From Candidatus Yanofskybacteria bacterium (lineage in GTDB: Bacteria; Patescibacteriota; Minisyncoccia; 2-02-FULL-40-12; IGHO2-12-FULL-4), in NCBI GenBank assembly GCA_016185525.1, contig JACPNK010000002.1, positions 75,616-139,615 on the forward strand: DNA of 64,000 bases, given 5' to 3'. Below the pieces are notes generated by a model. It was not told where the DNA came from. It saw only the letters and a program-made list of their open reading frames with translations, and ran no database searches. Positions 1-7,652 of this stretch are shown piece by piece (positions within the stretch are counted from its first letter, which is position 1; every line of letters begins with the position of its first letter). Made by a program: the position numbers and the translations under genes.

Positions 1-657
1 TATTGAGACAATTTGGATATTAGGGTCAGCTACACTCTTTTGATTGAAGCCGCCGTAATGTTTTTGCAGATGCTCTTTGTTTTCGGACTCAATTCCTAAA
101 AGCTGTTCAATAAAGAATTTGCTGTTCTTTACTTCGTGGCTGTGATGGACTCTTATTTTCAGTTCCAGAGTAACGGGGTCGCCGTTACATCGGCAGTCTT
201 CAAACTTTTGGACTGCCAGAACTGACCAGCCTGAAAAAGAATCGAGAACGGCTTTAAGCATGGGTTCCGGTTCAAATTTACTGCAGTAAGAAACCAGGTC
301 GGCCAACATCGGACTGTATGAAGGCAGATTTAAGGCTTTATCAAAGTAAACTTTTGAAACCAGAAGGGGACTTGAGTTAAGGACCGGCAACACAACCGCT
401 TGGGCTTGCAGAGCAATAGCATATGCCTTAAGCGCCAAACAAGATTGTCCGAATGAGGCAATTTGTCCGACTATATTTTTAATCCGGGTTACGGCTTCAA
501 ACGGGTCAACAGTGTTTGTTTGATAATCTCCGTTTGCAAGATTTGGAGGCCCGGCAGCAATCGGAAATTTTAACCCCGTATTTGAAACTTTTTTTGCTTT
601 TTTTTCTACCGCCCAAAGCGGAAGTTCAAAATTTGTCCAGTTAATTTTAATTGCCAT
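1..657 (-). CDS. hypothetical protein (N-terminal part; gene continues past window start)
   Basis: Minus-strand ORF starting ATG at 655-657 (MAIKINWTNFELPLW...) runs open to position 1; overlaps stop of upstream gene by 11 nt; no recognisable motifs. Confidence 0.4.
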   Translation of the reverse strand, partial: MAIKINWTNFELPLWAVEKKAKKVSNTGLKFPIAAGPPNLANGDYQTNTVDPFEAVTRIKNIVGQIASFGQSCLALKAYAIALQAQAVVLPVLNSSPLLVSKVYFDKALNLPSYSPMLADLVSYCSKFEPEPMLKAVLDSFSGWSVLAVQKFEDCRCNGDPVTLELKIRVHHSHEVKNSKFFIEQLLGIESENKEHLQKHYGGFNQKSVADPNIQIVSI

Positions 658-1117
658 CTTTTTCCTCCTTTTCTTTTAGAGCTTCATCCAAAAGTTCTTG
701 AGTATTGGGCGGAAGTTCCCTGTCGTATCTTTTGGCATATTGAGCCAGTTTTTCGGGACAAATTATCTGATTTTCCGGATCCCAGAGGTTGTCCTGAAAA
801 TCTGTCTTGCCAATCTGAAAGAATCCGTTACGTCTTTTTCCCTTTTTATCTATTTCTTTAATTAAACAATTTATATCATCCCAGTTTGTTGGTATCCATT
901 CCATGTCGAGTTTTTGTCTCATGTAGTTGTAGGCGAACATGATGTCTTTTAGATAAGTAAAGCAAGTGTCTCTGACGGAGTTTCTTTTGCTGATTCTGTT
1001 GCATAATTCTTCAAACGGCGTCGGTTTTACCAGGTTTAGTTTGGTTGGTTCTATAGATACCGGGTCCTCTGTTTCTATGAAATTTTCGTCAAATCCGTGA
1101 GCCATAAAAACCTCCAC
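647..1117 (-). CDS. hypothetical protein (156 aa)
   Basis: ORF with GGAGG-like RBS (gtggaggttttt) before ATG at 1117; sigma70-like promoter 1156-1184 upstream; no recognisable domain. Confidence 0.5.
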   Translation of the reverse strand: MEVFMAHGFDENFIETEDPVSIEPTKLNLVKPTPFEELCNRISKRNSVRDTCFTYLKDIMFAYNYMRQKLDMEWIPTNWDDINCLIKEIDKKGKRRNGFFQIGKTDFQDNLWDPENQIICPEKLAQYAKRYDRELPPNTQELLDEALKEKEEKDGN

Positions 1118-1155
1118 TTTTTAACCTTTGTTTTTAATGTTCTAACTTGACAAAT

Positions 1156-1184
1156 ACTCTAACAAAACCTTGACAAAATGTCAA
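1156..1184 (-). promoter_or_regulatory. sigma70-like promoter TTGACA-N17-TAGAGT; -35 forms palindrome TTGACAttTTGTCAA
   Basis: Read on minus strand: ttgacattttgtcaaggttttgttagagt; 17-nt spacer; followed by RBS and ATG at 1117. Confidence 0.4.
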
Positions 1185-1185
1185 T

Positions 1186-2262
1186 CTAGGTTAGCAACAG
1201 TACAAGGTGGAACCTTGTACTGTTGAAAAATAAAAACCCCCGTACTAGTTTGGGGGATTTTTCTGCCGAACTGGCAGTCAATTGCAAAGGAGTAACTTCT
1301 TCAAATTCGCCTTCAAGAATCATTTCCTGATTTTTGTTTCGCACCGTTGTTCGCAGACTTTCCAGTTTACCAGCGATTCTCAACCTGGCTTGCTCTATCC
1401 TGTTTAGAGTCTCTACTGAAGTTATTCTGTTTTTTTCGGCTTCATTAAAACTATTTAGCACTTCTTCAAAAACCTCAGAAGAACTTTCTATGGTCAACAA
1501 AACAGCATCTTTGGCTACAACTGCCGAAGCATTTAAACTCGCCAAGTTTCCAGCAACGTCACGTAAAACTATCGCCGGTCTGACGATATTCGCGAACGAA
1601 TGATACGCCAAATTAGCGTAGTTTACAGCCTTAACGCAGGCGGAAACTCCTTCGTGATAAAGTCGTTTCAGCGCTTCTGAATTTACGACATCTGCTTTGA
1701 GCGAAGAAATAATTTCTTGTCTGTGAACTTCTCGGTCTTCCGGAGTCAGAAGGTCAAATTCCTCCCTAAAAACTTCTGAAATCTCTCTTTGAATGGGAAT
1801 ATTGTTTCTTACGGCCACGTATTCCTGGAGTCTCCGAGCGTCCCACTCTTCTCTTTCTGCTGTTTCAATATCTGTTCTTAGTTTTTCCAACTTTGCTTTT
1901 TCCGTTTTTATGTCTGCAATCATTACTGCTGCAGAACCTTGAGTGGTGTTTATGTTTAGACGAAAAAGAGAATCTAACTTTTGCAGCGGATCAAGTTTTT
2001 CTACTAAAAGCTGTGTCCAGCCTTCCGGCATCACGAACTGTAAGCTTTGAGGCAGAATCATTTTAATAAGTCTAGCGAGTTTGTATTTTGCCTGTGCTTT
2101 TTTGGACGGGTCAATAACGTCCCTGATCAGACTTTGAGTTTCCTGAATTTTTGTTTTGCTGCGCTTTAAATTTTCAAGATTTTGCTTAAAAGCTTCGCTC
2201 ATGCCAAGTCCAGCCGTCTGGACCTCAAGAGAGCTATCTCTATATTTTACCAGACTGCTCAT
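1186..2262 (-). CDS. hypothetical protein, predicted helical/coiled-coil (358 aa)
   Basis: Long ORF; start overlaps stop of upstream 85-aa ORF (ATGA at 2262); no catalytic motifs; 3' end overlaps terminator hairpins so true C-terminus uncertain. Confidence 0.5.
   Translation of the reverse strand: MSSLVKYRDSSLEVQTAGLGMSEAFKQNLENLKRSKTKIQETQSLIRDVIDPSKKAQAKYKLARLIKMILPQSLQFVMPEGWTQLLVEKLDPLQKLDSLFRLNINTTQGSAAVMIADIKTEKAKLEKLRTDIETAEREEWDARRLQEYVAVRNNIPIQREISEVFREEFDLLTPEDREVHRQEIISSLKADVVNSEALKRLYHEGVSACVKAVNYANLAYHSFANIVRPAIVLRDVAGNLASLNASAVVAKDAVLLTIESSSEVFEEVLNSFNEAEKNRITSVETLNRIEQARLRIAGKLESLRTTVRNKNQEMILEGEFEEVTPLQLTASSAEKSPKLVRGFLFFNSTRFHLVLLLT
1195..1262 (-). terminator. tandem hairpins (11-bp stem cagtacaaggt/accttgtactg; then CCCCC/GGGGG stem plus U-run on minus strand)
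   Basis: Minus-strand reading gives hairpin followed by UUUUUAUUUUU; lies inside last 25 codons of the 358-aa ORF. Confidence 0.4.
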
Positions 2263-2519
2263 TAGACACCCTCCTCTGTTCTGATTTTTGATTCTTCAAG
2301 CTTTCTCTCAAGCTGGACTTCCGCCAGTTCTAAAGCCATTTTCTTGGCTTTGTCCTCCGGCCAGCCTTCCTGCAGATAGCGCTCGTAAGTGGCCATCAAA
2401 ACATTTCCCATGTCTAGCTTAAGGGCTTCCTTAGCCTCTCCAATAGCTTCCCGCGCTTTTGCCGCGCCAATAGTAGCGGCGCCTTTTAACAAATCCACAA
2501 AAGTCTGTGTTTTGTTCAT
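2262..2519 (-). CDS. hypothetical small protein (85 aa)
   Basis: ORF translationally coupled to downstream 358-aa ORF. Confidence 0.4.
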   Translation of the reverse strand: MNKTQTFVDLLKGAATIGAAKAREAIGEAKEALKLDMGNVLMATYERYLQEGWPEDKAKKMALELAEVQLERKLEESKIRTEEGV

Positions 2520-2585
2520 GTCCGTGTTTACTCCTTTCTTTTTAAGAACTCGAACCGAACCGGTCCGTTGATAAGCATGCTAGCA

Positions 2586-2619
2586 CTTACTTGACTACTT
2601 GTCAACAGAGTGCTATCTT
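2586..2619 (+). promoter_or_regulatory. promoter/operator TTGACT-N17-TATCTT with inverted repeat TTGACtacttGTCAA; 20-nt motif cttacttgactacttgtcaa duplicated at 3906
   Basis: Identical 20-mer at 2586-2605 and 3906-3925, both upstream of paralogous genes; flanking nt partially conserved (TGCTAyCTT, TTTAGTAT). Confidence 0.5.
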
Positions 2620-2660
2620 ACTTTAAGTATTTCAGGGTTGTTTAACAAAGGACTAAAAAA

Positions 2661-3108
2661 ATGGAACAGGCATTGGTTAAGACAGGGACGCTGAATTTGA
2701 TTAAACCGGAATGTCCGACGACACAGTTGCTTCAGAAGATTTCGGAAATGAGGCAGAAAAATTTAACAGCGGAACAGCAGCAAAGTTTAGAAACTTTAGC
2801 AGGAAGATTTGGGGCAGCATTTGGAAGCTTAACCCGGGATTATTTAGGTTTGAATGTTGAGCAAATTTTGAGTTTATCCAGTTAGGAAAAGCAAGCTTTA
2901 TTTTTTGTAGTTTGCAGTAGAGCCAAAAAAAATTATCCTTTTTATGTTGCATTGGCTGTCGGAGTGCCTGTCATTGGCTGGTTTATGTTTACAGACAGTA
3001 AAACAATAGTGCTTGTTAACTCTTTGCGTAAAATTAAGAAAATGACCGGAAATAACTTTGATCCAGTAGAATTACTGTCAAAAAGTTTAGCCGGCTGGTG
3101 GCCTTGCT
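2661..3108 (+). pseudogene. paralog of 3980..4513 small protein, interrupted by single in-frame TAG at 2883-2885
   Basis: Frame 3 is open from 2661 to 3108 except one amber codon; both halves align to the intact paralog (RQKNLTAEQ.../...IGWFMF...KIKKMTGNNFDPVE vs KIKKIMGHEFNPVE). Confidence 0.55.
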
Positions 3109-3139
3109 AGTATGCAGTCCGGCCCACTCTTCTAATTAA

Positions 3140-3170
3140 GAACCCCATTACGATGGGGTTTTGTTTTTTT
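3140..3170 (+). terminator. intrinsic terminator (aaccccat-tacg-atggggtt plus T-run)
   Basis: 8-bp GC-containing stem followed by TTTTGTTTTTTT. Confidence 0.55.
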
Positions 3171-3189
3171 GGTTTACTTTTGTTATCAT
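3161..3189 (+). promoter_or_regulatory. promoter TTGTTT-N17-TATCAT placed 7 nt before ATG 3196 (leaderless start); module duplicated at 4625..4653
   Basis: 27 nt tttgtttttttggtttacttttgttat identical at 3160-3186 and 4625-4651; ATG at same offset in both copies. Confidence 0.45.
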
Positions 3190-3195
3190 TTTCTT

Positions 3196-3384
3196 ATGCC
3201 GCAATTGTCTAAGAAAACAGCCCAAGAGTTTCAGGACGGGCTATTCAAAAAGATGTCTGCGTGGAAAAAAATCAGCTTGGCAAGCCAGTTTTACTGTTGG
3301 TCAAGAACGTTGCAAGCATTAAACAGCAACCATGGAACAAGAAAAACTTCTCTTAAAGCTGGGAAAAATACTCGGCAAACTTAA
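3196..3384 (+). CDS. small basic ORF (62 aa) at leaderless start, overlaps nucleotidyltransferase gene in another frame
   Basis: ATG positionally equivalent to lysS start in duplicated promoter module; no homology recognised; could be spurious or N-terminal extension via frameshift. Confidence 0.25.
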   Translation: MPQLSKKTAQEFQDGLFKKMSAWKKISLASQFYCWSRTLQALNSNHGTRKTSLKAGKNTRQT

Positions 3385-3886
3385 AATCCCTTATCTTATA
3401 TCAGGGGGCATAGCGGTTGTTGTTTGGGGCAGGCCGAGGTTTACGGCTGACATTGACATAGTAGTAGAAATTTCGCCGGAGAAATTGGATGCTTTAGCCA
3501 CTGAACTTTTGGCCATAGACAAAGATGTTTATGTTGACAGGGAAACAATGGAAGAGGCTCTAAAAAAAGCCGGCGAATTTAATTTTATCCATCCCGCAAG
3601 CGGGCTTAAGGTTGATTTTTGGATATTTAAAAATGACGATTTTGATAAAGAAAGAATGAAGAGAAGAATTAAAAAGCAAATTGCCGGCCAGAAATTATAT
3701 TTTTCTTCTCCGGAAGATTTGATTTTAATCAAACTTTTGTGGTTCAAAGACAGTCAGTCTACCAGACAACTTGAAGATATCTCTTCTATTCTTAGAATTC
3801 AGGATAAACTTAACATCAGCTACATAAAAAAATGGGCAAAAAGACAAAGAACTTTGGATGTTTTTGAAAATTTACTCAAAACATAA
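3332..3886 (+). CDS. nucleotidyltransferase-fold protein, ANT(2'')/LinB-like (184 aa)
   Basis: Motif YLISGGIAVVVWGRPRFTADIDIVV resembles the GGGWAIDARLGR..DDIDL of aminoglycoside 2''-adenylyltransferase-type NTases; size ~180 aa fits. Confidence 0.55.
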   Translation: MEQEKLLLKLGKILGKLKIPYLISGGIAVVVWGRPRFTADIDIVVEISPEKLDALATELLAIDKDVYVDRETMEEALKKAGEFNFIHPASGLKVDFWIFKNDDFDKERMKRRIKKQIAGQKLYFSSPEDLILIKLLWFKDSQSTRQLEDISSILRIQDKLNISYIKKWAKRQRTLDVFENLLKT

Positions 3887-3904
3887 CCAGACAAAAAGAT
3901 GACA

Positions 3905-3938
3905 GCTTACTTGACTACTTGTCAATAAACTGCTACCT
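3905..3938 (+). promoter_or_regulatory. promoter/operator TTGACT-N17-TACCTT with TTGACtacttGTCAA inverted repeat (second copy)
   Basis: Same 20-mer as 2586-2605. Confidence 0.5.
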
Positions 3939-3979
3939 TGTGTTTAGTATCCCATTAGTTCATTAAAAAGAGGTAAAAA

Positions 3980-4513
3980 GTGAAAAGCACCGAAGTAATT
4001 GAGTATGAATACCCAAAAACGCCTTATTGGTTTGTCGCGAAAAAAGACTTAAATTCTCAACCTCAACAGACATTAGAGTTAGTTAAGCATACTCCGAAGG
4101 AACAACTTCTTGGCAGGGTTGAACATATGCAGAAAAATAATTTAACAGCAGTGCAAATTAACAGAATAAAAGATTTAAAATTCAAAACTATGTACTACTT
4201 CAAAGAATTAACGGAACGTTATTTCGGACTAAGCAGAGAACAAATTTTACAATTGCCTGACAAAGAGCTTGAGGTCTTATTTGCCTTGGTTTATAAACGA
4301 GCTCGGAGGGCTTCTGTCTATACAAAAATACAGTTGCTTCTTATACCAATTTTTGGCTGGATATTCTTAGCCTTTACCTATTACGAAGGAGAAAGAAGTT
4401 TCCCAGCAATACGTTTTATCAGTTCTTTGTGTAAAATTAAGAAAATAATGGGACATGAATTTAATCCAGTTGAAGCAATGCGCAACGACAAATTTTTAAA
4501 TCTTTCCATTTAA
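3980..4513 (+). CDS. hypothetical protein (177 aa), intact paralog of 2661..3108
   Basis: GTG start preceded by agaggtaaaaa RBS; shares QKNNLTA.Q... and C-terminal KIKKIMGHEFNPVE blocks with copy 1. Confidence 0.55.
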   Translation: MKSTEVIEYEYPKTPYWFVAKKDLNSQPQQTLELVKHTPKEQLLGRVEHMQKNNLTAVQINRIKDLKFKTMYYFKELTERYFGLSREQILQLPDKELEVLFALVYKRARRASVYTKIQLLLIPIFGWIFLAFTYYEGERSFPAIRFISSLCKIKKIMGHEFNPVEAMRNDKFLNLSI

Positions 4514-4600
4514 ATTATTATGCCCTCTTTGAGGGTTTTGTTTTTCGGCGCTCTTCAGGTCCTGTCAGTCCTGTCAGGATGACCCTGACAGGATGACTTT

Positions 4601-4634
4601 GGCCTTGGCAACTGCTAAGGCTTTTTGTTTTTTT
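4601..4634 (+). terminator. intrinsic terminator (gcctt-N10-aaggc plus T-run), preceded by second hairpin tcctgtcagg/cctgacagga
   Basis: Hairpin followed by TTTTTGTTTTTTT; immediately followed by duplicated promoter module. Confidence 0.5.
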
Positions 4635-4653
4635 GGTTTACTTTTGTTATTAT
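4625..4653 (+). promoter_or_regulatory. promoter TTGTTT-N17-TATTAT giving leaderless lysS mRNA
   Basis: -10 ends 7 nt before lysS ATG 4660; no SD. Confidence 0.45.
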
Positions 4654-4659
4654 TTCCTT

Positions 4660-6117
4660 ATGTCTTTGGAAGATATAAAACAGGTAAAACTGGAAAAGTT
4701 GGAACTGCTTAAGAAAGCTGGGGTTGACCCTTACCCGGCCAAGTCTTGGCGCACGCATGAAATTAAGCAGGCTCTGGAAAATTTTGAAAAACTTTCTGAA
4801 GAGAAAGAAAGGATAGTTTTGGTCGGTCGGGTTATGGCTAAGCGAGAACATGGAGCATCTGTGTTTTTGGATATTCAAGATACCAGTGCCCAAACTCAAG
4901 TTTATTTTAAAAAAGATGTCATTGGCGACTATGACTATGAGCTTTTTTCCAAAACCGTTGATATCGGAGATTTTATTGAGGTTTCCGGTTTTTTATTTAA
5001 AACAAAAAAAGAAGAAAAAACTTTGGAAGTTGAGAAGTATCGGATGCTGGCAAAGTCTTTTTTGCCTTTGCCGGAAAAATGGCACGGACTGCAAGATATT
5101 GAGGAGCGTTTCCGCAAAAGATATTTGGATTTGATTTTTAATCCCGAAGTCAAGGAAAAGTTTGAGATGCGCAGTAAGATAGTCCAAACTTTGCGGGATT
5201 TCATGGTTGGGAACGAATTTATGGAAGTGGTGACGCCGACACTACAGCCTCTCTATGGCGGGGCTTCGGCTCGGCCGTTTAAAACACATATGCACGACTT
5301 GGATATAGATCTGTATTTACGTATTGCGCCGGAGCTTTATCTCAAAAGGCTTTTGGTTGGCGGTTTTGAAAAAGTTTTTGAATTTACGACTAACTTTCGA
5401 AATGAGGGCATGGACCGGGACCACAATCCTGAATTTTCTGTGTTGGAATTTTATGCCGCTTACAAAGATTTGGATTGGCTGATGAATTTTACCGAAGAAA
5501 TTTTTGAAAATTTGCTGGTTCAGGTTTTCGGCCAGGTGAAAATAAAATATGAAGACAAAGAGATTGATTTTGCTCGGCCTTTTAAAAGAGCTAGATTCAA
5601 TGATTTGCTTAAGAAATATTGCGATCTTGATTACGAAACAAACAGCGAAGATGAATTTTGGAACAAAGCCGAGAAATTAAATGTTAAAATAGAAAAAAAA
5701 GTCGCTAAGCCGGGTTTGGCTGACGAACTGTTTAAAAAAGTTGTCAGGCCAAAATTGCTAGAGCCGATTTTTGTGACTGATTGGCCGGCTGATGTTCTGC
5801 CTTTGGCTAAGAAAATATACAATTCTGATTTCGTAAACGCTTTTCAATTTTTTGCGGGCGGGAACGAACTTATAAAAGCGTTTCAGGAGTTGAATGATCC
5901 TTTGGATCAGCGCGCAAGATTTGAAGTCCAAGAAAACAGACGGGCAAAGGGCGAAGAAGAAGCCCAAAGAATGGATGAAGACTTTATTGAAGCCCTAGAA
6001 TATGGCATGCCGCCGGCGGCCGGCTGGGGCTTGGGAATTGACCGTTTGATAGCCATGCTCACCGATTCCCATTCGGTCAGAGAAGTGATATTGTTTCCAC
6101 TGATGAAACCAAGATAA
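4660..6117 (+). CDS. lysS: lysine--tRNA ligase, class II
   Basis: Class II motifs FEFTTNFRNEGMDRDHNPEF, GGASARPF, EYGMPPAAGWGLGIDRL; table ORF starts at alternative TTG 4633 but ATG 4660 (MSLEDIKQ) is the likely start. Confidence 0.95.
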   Translation: MSLEDIKQVKLEKLELLKKAGVDPYPAKSWRTHEIKQALENFEKLSEEKERIVLVGRVMAKREHGASVFLDIQDTSAQTQVYFKKDVIGDYDYELFSKTVDIGDFIEVSGFLFKTKKEEKTLEVEKYRMLAKSFLPLPEKWHGLQDIEERFRKRYLDLIFNPEVKEKFEMRSKIVQTLRDFMVGNEFMEVVTPTLQPLYGGASARPFKTHMHDLDIDLYLRIAPELYLKRLLVGGFEKVFEFTTNFRNEGMDRDHNPEFSVLEFYAAYKDLDWLMNFTEEIFENLLVQVFGQVKIKYEDKEIDFARPFKRARFNDLLKKYCDLDYETNSEDEFWNKAEKLNVKIEKKVAKPGLADELFKKVVRPKLLEPIFVTDWPADVLPLAKKIYNSDFVNAFQFFAGGNELIKAFQELNDPLDQRARFEVQENRRAKGEEEAQRMDEDFIEALEYGMPPAAGWGLGIDRLIAMLTDSHSVREVILFPLMKPR

Positions 6118-6218
6118 GTTATAAAGTTTATCAAGTTATAAAGTTCATAAAGTAAGAACAGAATATAAAACTTTAAGAACTTTCAACTTTACAAACTTGA
6201 TGAACTTGCGCAAAGCGC

Positions 6219-7466
6219 ATGCTTGACATCAAATTCATTCGTCAAAATCCGGAGTTAGTTAAAGAAGCGTCTCGGAAAAAGGGAGTCAAAGTTGATATTG
6301 ACCAGCTTTTGGCTGTGGATGAGAGGCGCAGGCATGTTTTGCGGGAATTGGAACAAAAAAGAAGCGAACAGAACAAGGGCTCTACGGGTGGACCGAAATT
6401 GCCGGTTGAGTTAGAGAAATTAAAAAAACTGAAAGAAGAAATTAAAATTCTTGAAGAGGGGATCGGTCATATTGAAAAAGAATTTGACGAACTGATGCTT
6501 CAAGTGCCGCAAGTTCCCGATGTTTCAGTTCCGGAGGGCAGGAGCGATGCTGACAACAAAGAAATCAGAAATTGGGGCAAGATTCCTAAATTTGATTTTA
6601 AGGCAAAAGACTATGTAGAACTTATGGCGGATTTAAATTTGATTGACACAGAAAGGGGGGCCAAGGTTTCCGGTTTCCGAGGTTATTTTCTAAAAAACGA
6701 AGCCGTCTTGCTTTCTCAAGCCTTATGGAGTTTGGCTTTAGAGAAAATTATTAAAAAAGGTTTTACGCCTCTTGTCGCTCCGGCTATCGCTAAAGGTTTT
6801 AATTTTGTCGGCACCGGCTGGCTGCCGCAGGGTAAAGACGAGGTTTATAAAATTGGTGAGGATGACTTTTTAATTGGCACCTCTGAAGTTTCGGTTATGG
6901 GTTATCACGCCAATGAGGTTTTGTCGGAAAAGAATTTGCCTAAAAAATATATTGCTTTTTCTCCTTGTTTTCGTTCCGAGGCCGGTTCTTATGGCAAGGA
7001 CACAAAAGGAATTTTCCGGGTGCATGAATTTTATAAAATTGAGCAGGTAGTTATTTGTAAAAATGACCACGAAGAATCAGTAAGGTGGCACGAGGAAATT
7101 ACCAAGAATTCCGAAGAATTAATGCAAGCCCTGAAACTGCCGTACAGAGTTGTGGTAAATTGCGCCGGTGACTTAGGTTTGGGACAAGTGAAGAAATATG
7201 ATATTGAGACTTGGTTGCCTTCTCAAGAGAGATACAGAGAAACTCATTCGGCTTCTTACTTTCACGATTTTCAGACCAGAAGATTGGGCATAAGATACAA
7301 AGACAAACACAGTAAAATACAATTTGCCTACTCGCTTAATAATACCGCCGTTGCCACGCCCAGAATTTTGGCGAATATTGTGGAAAATTATCAGACCAAG
7401 AAGGGGACGGTAAAAATTCCGAAGGTTTTGCAGAAGTATATGTTTGGGGTTAAAGAAATAAAATGA
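6219..7466 (+). CDS. serS: serine--tRNA ligase
   Basis: N-terminal MLDIKFIRQNPE coiled-coil arm, class II motifs FRSEAGSYGKDTKGIFRVHEF, GLGQ..KYDIE. Confidence 0.95.
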   Translation: MLDIKFIRQNPELVKEASRKKGVKVDIDQLLAVDERRRHVLRELEQKRSEQNKGSTGGPKLPVELEKLKKLKEEIKILEEGIGHIEKEFDELMLQVPQVPDVSVPEGRSDADNKEIRNWGKIPKFDFKAKDYVELMADLNLIDTERGAKVSGFRGYFLKNEAVLLSQALWSLALEKIIKKGFTPLVAPAIAKGFNFVGTGWLPQGKDEVYKIGEDDFLIGTSEVSVMGYHANEVLSEKNLPKKYIAFSPCFRSEAGSYGKDTKGIFRVHEFYKIEQVVICKNDHEESVRWHEEITKNSEELMQALKLPYRVVVNCAGDLGLGQVKKYDIETWLPSQERYRETHSASYFHDFQTRRLGIRYKDKHSKIQFAYSLNNTAVATPRILANIVENYQTKKGTVKIPKVLQKYMFGVKEIK

Positions 7467-7472
7467 CTAGAT

Positions 7473-7648
7473 AAGCTTCGCGGATACAACCTTTTCGGTA
7501 CTTTCGTCTGCTCCAGCGGCAGATTCACTCGCTGTTCGCCTGGGTTTCAGGAGAAGTTAAAGATAAATTATACTTCTCCTGACCAAGCAAACCGCAGGCT
7601 CACAGCGACCTCAAAGGTTGTGTCCGCTACGCTTTTATGATTTTTTAT
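7473..7648 (+). other. ~175-nt rod-like imperfect hairpin ending in U-tract (structured RNA/complex terminator) between serS and alr
   Basis: Outer stem aagcttcgcggatacaacctt(7473-7493)/aaggttgtgtccgctacgctt(7614-7634); inner stem cgctgttcgcctg/caggctcacagcg; apical perfect 10-bp stem tcaggagaag/cttctcctga; gattttttatg follows. Confidence 0.5.
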
Positions 7649-7652
7649 GTAA

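Noticed and set aside
3169-3198. ORF-table start MVYFCYHFLM at 3169 (and MVYFCYYFLM at 4633 for lysS)
   Set aside because: The N-terminal 9 residues are translations of the duplicated promoter module from alternative TTG starts. The ATGs at 3196 and 4660 are the conserved start positions.
4560-7652. T-box leaders for lysS/serS
   Set aside because: lysS appears leaderless (promoter -10 is 7 nt from ATG). The serS upstream region (6118-6218) is short and AT-rich, with no specifier or T-box conserved sequence.
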